From: Podarcis tiliguerta
Lineage: Eukaryota
Length of the DNA: 64,000 nucleotides
NCBI GenBank assembly: GCA_965153285.1
Contig: OZ229119.1
Reading direction: 5' to 3' (one strand)
Shown: piece by piece, positions 50,955 to 64,000 of the stretch
How positions within the stretch are numbered: the first letter of the stretch is position 1
Layout: each line of letters starts with the position of its first letter
Notes under the pieces: model-generated
The model's input: the letters and a program-made list of their open reading frames with translations, nothing else
Database searches by the model: none
What the model was told of the DNA's origin: nothing
Position numbers and translations under genes: made by a program

Positions 50955-53900
50955 TAATTATCCAGAGCTACATTTATTAAGAGTGAGGGGAACAGGGATC
51001 TCCTAACAACTCCCAGCACCTTTCACAAGCTGTAGCTCTCAGAATTGCCTGGAGGAAGCCATGACTGTTTATAGTGGTATCATAGTGCTGTAAATATATA
51101 GTGTGAATGTGGCCACAGACAAACAATATCAGAGATGGCCTTACCATTAGGAAGAATGAGGCAGCCACCTGAGTCCATCTATTTTTGGTATATTTGAATG
51201 GTGCCAAATAATTCAATAGCTATTACCATTGTACTTCTCTAGTAGTTAGAGAAGGGGAAAGATGCATGTTTTTGCCTCCGATGCCAAAATAATTTGACTG
51301 GCCATAGGTACTATGGATTCTAACTGGGTATGGGTACTGTTACTCAGAGGCACAGAGGTCTTCAAACATTTAACTGGATTTAAATCAATCACACCAAAGG
51401 CCAGAATTTAGGGGGTGGGGGTGAAGGGACAAGACTTACCTCAAAACTAACACTTACGACAGACACAAACAACAGCAAGAGAAATCAAAATTGGGATGCA
51501 AGGGATTTTAGGAAAGTAATGTGCTAGATTGGAATAAGAAGACCACACAAGCAGACTACAAGCCCCAACAACTCCAACAATGTCAATGTTGCTGCTCCCA
51601 GCAGGAAAGGATTTATAGGTGTGTGCAGCATTAGGGCCACATGGGGCTGAGGGGCCTCCAAGCCCTTAGTGTGCCTTGTTAACTGAGAGGATAGTTTTGA
51701 AATGTGACTACAAGCAATGAATTGAGATGGTTGAATTCTAGCATTTTAGTTGTTTTGTTTCTACTGTTTGCTTCTCCTTCTTCCCAATTAAAATCAGTGG
51801 AGGCTGGTCCGTTAGGATAGAGGTCACCAACCTGGTGCCCATGAAGGCCTTCATTGGCATCCCTGAAGAGGGTTACCAGACTCAGAGCTTTCATTAAAAA
51901 AGAAGAAGATTCTAGCCCTTCTAATAAGAAATTTATCAATCATAACATGCAGGTACCTTTCTGAATAATTTCTTTCAAATGAGCCAGCCTGGCTGTTCCG
52001 GCCTCTCAATGTTTTTAGCCAATAAGTGAGGTCAGAGCTGTGACTGATATAGTGAGTTGTTTGGACCCCAGGCAATAGGAATCCATTCAGTCCTAACAGA
52101 GATGGATTTATAATGGTACAATTGCAGCAATTGCACTAGGGCTCATGGCAGCAGAGGACCCAAACACTGAGTTTTTAATTTTTTTAAAACAGTATGTCTT
52201 CAGCCCTTCTAGAAATAAAGCTACAAAGTGTAATGTGCAGGCAGCCTTCAAAGCTGTGGGTTGCCAACCTGATGCAAGCAGAGGGACGACTATAATCTAT
52301 CTTCAAGCTCCGCAGCATGGAGCATTTGCTGGAGTTGGAAGGATCCGCCAACTTCCAACTCCCATTGGCTATGATACTAACTCCTCCCCTACTTTCTGGA
52401 AGGATTTGCCTGGGCGGCTGCTGTGGGACAAAGTGAGAGGAGAGGAGAGGAGTGATAGTTGCTACACCTCTGGTGTTGGGGGTGGGGAAAAGTGCTGAGA
52501 CCATTTTACCTCCTCTTCTTTGGCTGCCCAGGGAAGGACTTTCTGAAAAGATGGGGAGCTAAGAAGTGTGGATGCAACACATACATTAAAAAAATGTTAA
52601 ACTCCCTCTTCCAAATCAGGCAGATCTTTATGTAATGGGAAAAGACAACAGGATTTCCAGCCACAGAACCTTTACATTACATGAAGTTTGGCCATCTATC
52701 CAAGAACCTGAAATCCAGAATACACCTTAAGGTAAAGAACAGCCCATGGTTTGGTACAAATGGCATTTAATATCTCAAAAGGGAGGGGGAGGGACATAGG
52801 AAGAAAGGCCTTTTAGCCCCAGGATTTGAATCTACCAACAATAATCCTGTGCTTCTTATACATGCTAATTCATCCATCAGCAACCACCGAAGACTCATCA
52901 TCTTTGATGGTTTGTGAGGTCAAAATGGGACAGAATGAATAATAAAAAAGGCACTGAAAAGGTCACAAATATTACGGACATCTGTCTTGAGGACATCTAA
53001 TCTAGGAGACTGTAGTGCCACCCTTGCAGCATATCAGACAAGCCTGGTTTTAACAAAGTATGATAAGATAATATTGAACTAATAAATATCATTATTGTTG
53101 CTAAAAAATAAACCAATGCACTAATGATAAACTAGAGCTTACAACACTATATTCATCAAGAGCTATGACCCATAAGCACAAGGAGTCCACCTCTGTGACC
53201 ACAACCTCTGTCTAATGCTGCTGCACAGCCCAGCCTACCATAAAACATCTGCATCTATAATTCACACAATTGCCAAAAAATCAGGAAATGAGAGCAAGGG
53301 AGAAAAAATATTAAGAAAATGGGTGAGGGAAATTTCCTTTCAGGGTTGCATCCCCATCCCTCATTCACCAATAACAGCAGAGCCCCAAATTATCAACTAC
53401 ATTGTAACTACATTAACTTGCATGAGGGTATTTTTTCTCTCCAGCCTAAGTACTTCCAACTATAGCTATTTAGCTGATATTCCTCCATTTTCTTAAGCTT
53501 CATGCTAAAATATATAACATATCGCTGCAATCCTGTGCACACTTATTTGGGAGTAAAGCCAATTGAATATAATGGGATTTCCATATAACTATGCATAGGA
53601 GTGGGCTATTGTGTATGGGGTGTGTGTGCTTAAATCCTATTTCTGCCATGGACTTAAGCATATCAGTGTCTGTTCCTCCTCTTTACAGGGAAGATAATAA
53701 TAACCTCTCAGAGCATTGCTGTGCAGCACTTCTCAGCTTGTGAGAAATTCCTAAGGAAACTGGAAAGCAGGAGAACAAAATCAGCCAAAGACAAAATGTT
53801 GTATTTGTCATACTTGCCCCAAGCAGAGTTCAAGTGGATTAAAGGGTAGCAGAAGGAATGGGAGGCAGAGCACTAGTTTATTAGTTCACAGTTGCTAAGA

Positions 53901-54165
53901 AGAGAGCAGGCACATTCTATTTCTTTGCCCAGTCAAGATATATACAAAATCTGGGTTTATCAGGGAGGTCGTTTCAGCTCTCCTGGAAACTGGTCATAAA
54001 GTTATAGGATGCCAACACATAGGGATGCTCACTTTATACTTTGAGAAACTTGGGTTTAAATATTCAATTCAATTCAAATCAATTAAAAAACACACACAAA
54101 ATAGAATTAAAAAGTTTTCTTATTATTTGAATTATCATGTTATTTATTACTAACATCATAAATTA

Positions 54166-54543
<378 letters not shown>

Positions 54544-57500
54544 TCAGACTGGCAAAGTCCATCATTCCAAGTAGTTAGTACAAAATCCTGACCCTTTTCT
54601 CTTATACATCACTTTGTCTGATTGCGCAAACATAGGTTGGTATACTGGAAGAATCCCATAAATTTGCACACTTTTCTTCCTCTCTTTCTCTGTTCTTCCT
54701 GGTTAATATCAACTAATTTACAGCAGAATTCTAACTATGTCTGCTCAGAAGTAAGCCCCAACAGGACCTACTCCCAGGTAAGTGTCCATAGAATTGCAAT
54801 GTTAAATCTGAAGAGGTAAAATAGCAGTTGGCTTCTAAAACAGAGACTGAAACCAGGGTTAGAAGTTTACCTCAATCTCTGGTTTAGAAGCTAACTATGG
54901 TCAGTGGTAACTGTTCTTATGCCACGTCAGATGTAGCAATGAAACCTTGCAGTTAACACTAACCAGAGAAAGAAAGGGAAATTCATGCAGCTGGAGGAAG
55001 TTGGGAGATGGCACAACCTTGTTGGATGTTCCCAGTTATCAAAGCATGGTTTGGCAGTGTGATGCGTCAGTGGTAGGCTTCAGGTTTCATGGCGGAGCCA
55101 ATCAGTTATCAGCCAATAGGCTTCCCAGTTCCGCATGTAACTGAAGAAAGCAGTCATGTTTGGGGAGAGCCTGACTAGTGTTCTGCGAGGGGGAACTCCT
55201 TTTTACTACTCTAAAACAAAACAAAACAACACAACACAAAACGGATGTGCTCTCCAACCCTAGAAAGGGAAAGCACATCAAAGATAATAAAAATTATTGA
55301 AAAACACTTGGCATTGCTGATGTTCACCTGTTGTCTTTTGAGGGCTACATGAGTGTTCTTGGGATTGAAAGATCCTCTAACAAAAAGTAAAAACAGTCCC
55401 CAAGAAAGCACAACTCTAAAAGCTGAACTTTAAAAAGTACAGAAAATTGTGTTAACATAGTAAATGAGTGAGTATGGGGTGTGTTGCTCATCTCTATTTG
55501 TTGTGACACTGACATTTAGGTGGGTACAATGGAATTCCAGCGGCCACATTCTGCACAAAGGACAACAATTTGCATTTCCCATCCACAAAATGCTGTAGGT
55601 GGAACGCAGGGGAAATGTGACAGTCCTGTAGCAGAAAAGTGTCTTAAATAAATATGCCTGGATCCCACAAAATAAATGAGTAAAAGGACCCTAACGTTCT
55701 GTGGGAAACCCGGAAACGAATCTACCCTTGGCTGCTCAGCTCAGTGGGTGACCTTGGGCAACTCACCTAGTCATCATCTTCTGGTTGCTGTGAAGCTAAA
55801 AGGTCATTTTGAGTACCTCAGATGAAGGGTGAGGTATAGCAAAATGTCATCTGCCTTAACAATACACGCATGCATTTTTGTTTATCCAAACGTTATCGTA
55901 AATAGAGTCACTGAAGCGACTAACTCCGCAAGCCACTCCTCCAACCTAAACTGCAACAGGGAGGAAGCGATACCCGTGCCTCCCCGTAAGATGAAAGTAT
56001 GCAGTGCTGCTCTCTCAGTCTTGGCATACTTATGTATGACTTGCAAATAGAGGCACACATTAATCTTTTTCACATCACAAGTTTTAGACATTCAGGAGCA
56101 CTCCCATGAGTAAAACAGAAATTTCATGACGCCTCTAGCTCTATAACAAATTGTGGCATTTGGTATCATAGCTATTGTTGTTCTGTTAAGTAAGTGTGAG
56201 CACAGGTTTTCAAAAGTTCTTTAAGTCCTACAAGGTCACTGTGATCTAAACAACTAGAAACATCCATGCAATGAAGTACAAGGCCAAAAGAGTTCCTTCA
56301 CACAGCTGCTCTTTTCCCGTCTGCATTTTAATGGAACTAACTCAAACCAAGTTCACAGAGTCTATTAGTTATGCTTATTAATGCAGGCTTATGTGCCACA
56401 ACTCCAGCTGACTTTCAATAAGAATTGAATGAATGTATCTGATGGCAAATCTGGCTCCCACATATGCAATGCAGATGAGATAAGTTATTATGAGAAACAT
56501 TCATTTTGCATTTTTTGGCTTTTTGAATACTTAACAGTGAAGCATTTCATCAACATTTATTTTTGCATGCAAATTAATTTATCTCTGTATTGATGTTTAT
56601 AATTTGCATTTTAAAAATTTGAGGAAGCGAGTAAGGAACTTTTAAAGGAAACTTTTAAAGGGAAAATGGATAAATAAAATAAAACTTTAAACTAGCTCCA
56701 CTGCATAATTGCAAAGAAACACTGTTGAACATTGCTCATTTTCAGTTTTGCATGGTTTATATTTGCTGCTGCTTCTTCCAGAATCACCATAGATTTATAA
56801 AGCAAGAGTACCTTTTCAGGATACCTTAACAGTTAAGATAAGATTATCATCCTCAATGACTACACAGAAGTAAGTCCCATTGAGTTGCATGGGCTAACAT
56901 CATGTGGACTATGCAAACAGCTGCAAACACACAGTGAACTCTGTGTAGCATTTGGTATCCAGAAAAAACACACATGAACATATCCATATTGGCCTTGTGC
57001 AATGCATGTTTTTCATAACAATGTATGTCATCATTTCACATATAGAATCCAGTTTTGCCCCAAATAATTCATTCAAGCTATTCACCATTCACATCTGTTC
57101 TGCTACCTGTACTAAAAATATGTGCATGGTGTGTATACAGAAATTTCAGCATGAGCATCTTCATGAATATTCACAACTCTGCATACATCTCCTTAGATAT
57201 GTGCATTGGTCCATGTATGCTGTCCACAGCTTGTGGACAACAGCTCCCTTTGGCATGACTATACATAAAGCTCTGACTAAATTTCCATTTCAAAATATCT
57301 TTTCTTCAGGGCTCAGAAACTTGGTGGCATAGATACGTTCAGGGCAAATTTGAGAAGCGGGTAAAACGATTTTCACACAAATATCTCAGTTCAAGCATCT
57401 TCATATTTTCAGCCTGTGGGTAAACCAGAAGGTCTTACGTAGGGGGCCATTTCACAGCTCAACGAAGCCAAGGGACTATACCAGTATCTTACCAGCATCC

Positions 57501-58415
57501 AAGTGCTTTCACTTATTTCCTGTATTCTGCCTTTGCCCTTCACTCATAAATCAACTCTCTAATCAGACAGCTTTGCACCTTTTGCTCCCTGTCCCCCCGC
57601 AACTACTCCATCTACATCCCCCACCCACCTGAGGATATTAAATTAATGGTTAATATGTCTCAAATTTATGGAGGCAGTAGAGTATGACAGTGGAGATGGT
57701 TTATCATTTCTGCTGCTTCAAGCACCCCTAGATTGCTGTAACTTCCTTATCCCTGTCCTTCTTCTGACACACAATCTAGATGTGAATTAATTTGCAAGGG
57801 GTTAATGTGCAGAGGTTCTCCATTAGGCACTTTGGGTGAATCTCTGAAAGGAAATAATTCCATTAATGCAATTAGTGTAATGAGAGATAGATGAATGTAA
57901 CATTACATAGCTTTGTAATATCATCATCATCATTGTCGTCATGTAAATTTCCAGTTATACAGCCAAGGCAAGCAGAACCAAAGTAGGAAAAGCAATCAAG
58001 GGTTGCAAATTTATTATGTTAAAATTCATATGCATGACAAAATTTGCAAAAATTTGCGCATTTGCTGGGTACCAATTCAAATGTGAACAGTTGTCTAAGG
58101 GAATATATATTTCAGTTTAACAAAGTAGCATGTTTACTTTGGAGAAATTATGAGCAAACACACATAGGGTCAGGCAGATAATTTCAGGTCAGCTGGAAAT
58201 TAGTGGCTCTGTATTGTGAGCCATGCAAATGCCCAATCATCCAAAGAGATCCATTTAAATTTTCTGCTGTTTGTGAACCTATTGATTCAACTTCTTTCCT
58301 TGTTTACCCAGAGAAAATACAAAATCTGTAAATGGTTGACATATATGCAGGAGGAGGATAAAATGAAGCCAAGCAAGATCATAATCGTTGCATGTTGAGA
58401 GAAATGTCTCCTTAC

Positions 58416-58541
58416 CTCTGCCATCAGCCAGACACCGGTTGTATCCCACAGGGCTGAAGTACTCAAAGACAAAGACCGCCACCGCAGAGATTATAAGCAG
58501 CATTACAAACATCATCACCCATACATCAGCACTGAATGGCT
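58416..58541 (-). CDS. GRIN2B: GluN2B coding exon (exon 8 equivalent), M1
   Basis: (E)[46 protein letters not shown] acceptor, GTAAGG donor, 126 nt. Confidence 0.98.
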
Positions 58542-59852
58542 CTAAAGAGAAAAAGACAGAAATTTTGTAGGTACTTTTCCATCCTACCCCAAAATACAAG
58601 CCAGCCCCATCAGTGGAAGCCAAGTGCAAGGACATCCATTTATGGAAAGGGCCTTTTCCCCTCGTCTCCTCACCCTGCCCCCTAGGGAGGAGAGCTGGTA
58701 TTGTTCTATCTGGCAAGCAGAAAGGCTTATGTGGGTGGAAAGATTGGAAGAGCCCATCATTAAATTCCAACAGAACTGATTTGGTTACTGTTTCTTTACA
58801 GTTTCTGTTATTCTAAATGGCAGCTGCTTTCAGGTACAGAACTTACACAGGGGTGAGTTTTTGCCAGCACCTTACGGTATATAATGAAGGTGCCAGGTGA
58901 GCTTCCCTGGAGAGAGCATCCCACAAGTGAGAAACTATTGCAGAAAAGTCCAGTTCTTGTATTGCCACCCTCCAGACCTCACACGAAGAAGGGCCTCAGG
59001 CCCTTCTGGGTGGGTTAGTATGGGGAGAGGTGGTAATATGCAATTGCAGTAGTTTGCAATACGTTCTAGTGGTTCTGCCTTTGAAATGTGTTCAAAATAC
59101 TGCTTTCAGGCTGATGTTAGGATCCTGTTGTCTGGAGCATGTGACTCCATTGTGATTCACTTTGCTTTGACGCTCAGCCTGGTTTAACCCAGGCTCTGGA
59201 CCTCTGTACCCCAGAAAGCCAGCCTAGTTCTTTCCCTTTCTGTAGACTGGCACAGAGCGCCATATTGATGTAGATCCTCAGAATGGAAATGAACTAGCCA
59301 GTTAAGAATTAGTATCTAGCTTTTTTGTCAGTATATTTTCTCTGCTGCTATTGTGATTTCATTTGATTTTTTAATGTTTTATCGTGCTTTGAGGGCTTTG
59401 CACGCAAAAAAAGGCTTATAAACTTCAAAAAAGAAAGCAAGAAAGAGACTCTGCCTTCACGTCTTTGGATATAAGGCAAAGTGATAGGAACAGCTTCTTC
59501 TGAACGTCTGCATGTCATACTGCTGGGATGCCAAATGATTGTCATAGGTCAACTGCAGGAAGCAAAGATCAGGGGAAAGCTGAATAAATGTATTTGAACA
59601 TAATTAAACTTCTAGTTCTGGAACCTGGGACCAATATTTCTGAAGTTGTTTGTTAGTATTCTCATTTTCACATCTAGAACCTGGTTCTGAAATCTAGTTC
59701 AGGATTGAACTTTAGAGTGTATAAAGTTTCTTTCAAGCAGTGTGTGTGTGCTGTTTGTTTTTTAAATTAGAAAAAGAACAGCAAACATTCTGGTTGTTTT
59801 TCTTAAAATATTTTCCCCTGCACTTTGCCTCAAAATATATGTATATAATTTA

Positions 59853-60086
<234 letters not shown>

Positions 60087-60544
60087 TCAAGAATAAAGGA
60101 TGCTTTCGGGTAAGTTAAAGCAGCGACAGGCTGCCACACATTCACAAGGTTTTGTATATATGAGGCAGGAAGGGAGAAAGCAAGGGCAAATGGTGTTGAC
60201 ATCACATTTGGAAATGGGAACTGGGAGAGATAAAGGAAAAAGAAAGGAGGAGGAAGGTGGCACATTGTGCAATAAGAGAGGAGAAAAAGAGTGGCAGGCT
60301 AGCTAAGAATTATTTCACATCATATTTGAACATTCAGAATGGAAGGTCAGATCAGTGAAAGGAAAAACAAATAATTACTGGGAAGGACCATCCTTGTTTT
60401 CCATTTCCCTGGAAAACAACAGCCCTCCCCACAAGTGTGCCCCTTGTTGTGGGTTGGTTTCAGTATTTGTGTACACACATATGTACACATACCTGCAAAA
60501 CACTTTGGGGGTTGGGATCAGAGACAATGTACATTTAGGAACAA

Positions 60545-60685
60545 CATAGGAGGCTGCTTTATGCTGAGTTAGACCACTGATCCATCTAGCTCAGCACTGT
60601 CTACACTGACTGGCAGCAGCTCTCCAGGGTTTCAGGCAGGGATGTCTCCCAGTGCTTCCTGCAGATGTCAAGAGTTGACCCTGCG
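60545..60685 (-). mobile_element. Dispersed squamate SINE/LINE-tail repeat fragment
   Basis: CATAGGAGGCTGCTTTATGCTGAGTTAGACCACTGATCCATCTAGCTCAGCACTGTCTAC...CTCTCCAGGGTTTCAGG resembles 42128-42300 and, inverted, 46400-46545. Confidence 0.55.
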
Positions 60686-61170
60686 ACTCAGCTGCTGCCC
60701 ACAGATTTAGAGACTTGGAGAAAGGTGGCAAAAATCCTTTAAACTTTACAGTTGTATATACTGGTGTTTCCTTTTGTGTTATTGGATGTCATACCTCGCA
60801 TCACCTCCTCCATCAAACGCATGCTGAGAAATACTCTGGCAGTAAATGGACCACAAGCAGCAGAAAACAACATTATTTCTATTGCTCTTCGTTTCCTGCT
60901 TGTTCCATAAAACATTTTTTCTTACATTTGCTTTTATATTAAAAAAAAAACACCATGTAAATATCATATAGCTTCACAAATTCGTTTGATGATAATTCCA
61001 AGATGATAATTTTTCCCAATGGCAAAATTCAAATTGATACACAGATTTGGAAAGCATAACTCAATTGGTTTCTGCCCCAAGAACAAGTATCACCTGGCGA
61101 TAGAGGGGAAATAATTCATTCAGTCTGTTGGTGAGCCTGTAAGTAAAAGCAGGTACCTTTCATGGCTTAC

Positions 61171-61342
61171 CTCGCCTATCATTCCATTCCATGTTCCATT
61201 GATCTTCTTCCCATGTTTACCATTGGTTACCAAGTAAAGGTCATAGGTGAACTTGACAAACTTGGAGATTTTCTTGAGAATATCAATACAAAACCCTTTG
61301 CAACATTTCTTGGTGTACGCAGTCTCCTCATCCGTCTTGTTG
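61171..61342 (-). CDS. GRIN2B: GluN2B coding exon (exon 6 equivalent), S1
   Basis: (D)[62 protein letters not shown] acceptor, GTAAGC donor, 172 nt. Confidence 0.98.
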
Positions 61343-61929
61343 CTAAACAGCCACAACAAAAAGTGATTAAGTGTAACTGATAAATGATATTTTAAAACTA
61401 AAAACAAAAATATATGGCCCATTTTTTCCATCATGCTGCACTCAGAAAGTGGATTTAATCTTGAGAAATTCCATATGATCCTTGAAAAACACAGAACTAC
61501 CATGTTTAGCTGCAAATTCAAACTTTGTGTGGCATTCTCAGCAGAAACTGAATGTTATAAGCAGAAATTTTGAAAATATATTCTTGTCATTTTTCTTTTT
61601 TCATCTTCTTCCTTTTTTTAGACAAAGGTGCTAATTTCCAACAAAAATGTGATTTGGACAATTTTGATCTGTGCTAGAATTTAGAATTGTTGAAAATTGA
61701 CTACTGTTATCCCCTACTTCTTTCCTTGGCTACTCTCTCTTTCATTCTCCATTACATCCCTAGCTGAAAACTCTGCTTGATGTTTTGCTGAATGAGCCAA
61801 GCTGACTGGAATGTTGAATTAGTGGCAAGTGGCAACAAAGCCAGCCTGAGACGGTCCAGCTGGCTTTGCTGCTGTGGAGAGAAACATGCTAGGAGGAATC
61901 AGCTAGAGAAAGATCCTGTTGGCACTTAC

Positions 61930-62138
61930 TCTGTCACATTTCTTTTTTGGCAGGGGACAGTGTTTCTCATACAGGTACCGCTTAGGGGGTCCACATTTTC
62001 CACAATGACAAACGGTGCTTCTTCTAGGGTCACTATGCTAAGATGGTCGTCCGCACGCTCCTCACTGTCAGGGTAAAGCTCAGAACGTGGCCACACATAA
62101 TACTTCATCTTGAGACGCTTGTCCTTCCACCATCCCAC
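61930..62138 (-). CDS. GRIN2B: GluN2B coding exon (mammalian exon 5 equivalent): end of ATD, ATD-LBD linker, start of S1
   Basis: Translates [69 protein letters not shown]. Acceptor CTTCAG (AG at 62139-62140), donor GTAAGT at 61924-61929. Length 209 nt; ends in phase 2, matching the next exon. Upstream exons lie outside the window. Confidence 0.97.
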
Positions 62139-62429
62139 CTGAAGCAATGGAAAAACAGAAAGAGATCATTGCTAAAACCATCACCCCAAATTACAGTCCA
62201 CATGGTCAGCTGAACTTTGTAGAAATACATGGAAACTGAATGTCTGGATTAATTAATTTTAAAACTACGCACTAATCCCTGATCCAAAAATGAAGCCGGT
62301 CTTAATGAAGCAGCAGCAGCATCCCATTAAAACCCACTGAAACAAAAGGCCTCAGTTGTTTCTCAAAAGACAAGCAGCGACAGGGCCAAACACACATGCA
62401 CAACCCTCAGGAAGGTGTCACACAAAAAG

Positions 62430-62780
62430 AGCTCTGTCTCTTATGCCCAAGTCCAACAACAAGAAGGCTTGGAACAGGGCTCAGAAGTAGATCTCAGTGC
62501 TTTGATCAGGTTCATATGGGAGTAGGTGATTATTGAGATTCCCTGGTCTTAGACCATTCAGGGCCTGAAACATTAAAGTCAGCACCTTGAATTCAGAAAC
62601 AAACTGGTAACCAGTGGGACATCAGAATAATAGGATCTAACTTGCAAACTCCATTTAGAACTCCGGAAGCTGCTTTCTCAACCATCTTCAAAGGTAGTGT
62701 ACATTACAATAATCTAACCTGGGAGCAACTAAGGCACAAGGATAAATGACCATGCCCAGTTTCTCCAGAAAAGGGAACAG
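62430..62780 (-). mobile_element. Decayed L2-like LINE fragment
   Basis: Recognisable antisense RT 3' motifs: CAGCACCTTGAATT...AAACTGGTAACCAGTG...ACCATCTTCAAAGGTAG...TACAATAATCTAACCTGG. Smaller pieces at about 58900-59035 and 28110-28230. Confidence 0.45.
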
Positions 62781-64000
62781 CTGCAGATTAGCTTGAAGCT
62801 TTTAAGAAGATTCCTGGTCATGATGGCACTGCTCCCTGGACATCCAGGAGCAAAGCTGAATGCTGACTTTAAGAGGAATCTAACCCCTGCTTCTGTGTGA
62901 AGTACTTGAATGGGATGTTACCACAGCTAACACTACATTGCAAAGATAAAGGTTTTCCATGTTCCCTGGCTGAATTATTATTATTATACCTATTATACCT
63001 TTAATAAACACCCATTTAAGATTTTGCTACAAAAATGTAAAAAAAAGAAAAGAAAAAAGAATATATTGTTCAGTTTTCTGCAACACATGACAATATTTTA
63101 ACAGGAAGCTTAAATAAGCTTAGTTTTATGCTACTATGTATGGCATTATGAACCTTCATCTTCCATTAATACCCAAAGTAAGTTCCTGGGAACTTGACAT
63201 TACTGTGTTTTCTACATTGAGTACTAGATATAGAAAAAATATTTCTTTGAAATTGGTTCTGATCCATTCACAAGTTGACATTTTTAGGACTAATGCTCCT
63301 TGAGGTGCAATATTCCCCACAGAAAGTCCAGAATACCTATCAATAATGCTTTCAGACATGAAAAGTCCTGCCTTTGTGCCCATTATTTCCATCACCATTG
63401 ACACTAATTACTGCCTTGGTTAGCACATATGAGACAAGAGGGCACAGGCTGAACAAACTCCCCTATATTTTGTGGCTGTGGCTCCCTCAACCTCCACCCA
63501 CTGGGTTTTGGTCAAGGCAAGGTGAATACGGGAGCAGTGTGGGTGGAAGACTAAAGTGAACTTTGGTTGCTCACTCTTTACCTGCTTTGTGGGCTTTAAT
63601 TCCTCATGCCTGTCAGTTCACCCTCTTCTACTATTGCATCTGATGTTTTAGAATCACTGGACAAAAGCACTTATTATAGCCTCTTTGGATGTCAAAGGTT
63701 ACGTCAGTATAATCAAGGATTTTGGGGTATTCTGAATTTAACAGCACCCAGATCATTAAATATTTATTGCTCCTTTAAAAAAAAAAATCAAATTAAGGTT
63801 TTAAAAAGAGAGAGAGAATCCAATGTGGGCTTAGTAAACAAGTTATTTCAAGAAAGGAATAAAAGTCATTTACAGGCATAGGTGACCTGCTTACTCAGGA
63901 TCCCAAAGGGTTTACAGAGGACCTGAACAGTCAAATCAATAGGTATTACAAGAATTATGATAGGTGGGTCCGACATTCTCCTGAGTAGGCAATAAAATAC

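Larger units (their letters stand above)
48420..51115. mobile_element. Older palindromic non-autonomous DNA element (lacertid-type MITE) interrupted by the Tc2-like insertion
   Basis: The left flank GGTGCTGAGAATTGTTAGGAG...CACAGAACTACAATT and the right flank CTCCTAACAACTCCCAGCACC...GAAGCCATGACTGTTT...TAAATATATAGTGTGAATGTGGCC are complementary arms of one element. A related shorter copy lies at 44177-44330. Confidence 0.7.

Overview
Vertebrate genomic DNA, most likely from a lacertid lizard, judged from an intact Sauria SINE and other squamate-type repeats. The window holds the 3' two-thirds of GRIN2B (NMDA receptor subunit GluN2B) on the minus strand. Nine coding exons (mammalian exons 5-13) run from 62138 down to the stop codon at 24985. 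All have GT-AG junctions and consistent phases, and the protein ends in [12 protein letters not shown] 156-nt in-frame N block hides 52 codons of the C-terminal tail. Positions 1-24984 contain no credible gene and look like a very long neural 3' UTR, with a strong poly(A) site near 11220. The most unusual object lies in the 21.8-kb intron after the M2/M3 exon. It is a young Tc1/mariner-superfamily (Tc2/pogo-like) non-autonomous element at 48584-50954, with perfect 27-bp TIRs and a TA duplication. Its interior has expanded into 21.3 near-identical copies of a 99-bp, about 73% GC, doubly palindromic unit, making it in effect a transposon-borne, fold-back CpG island. Comparisons with human GluN2B use my recollection of that sequence and need confirming by alignment.
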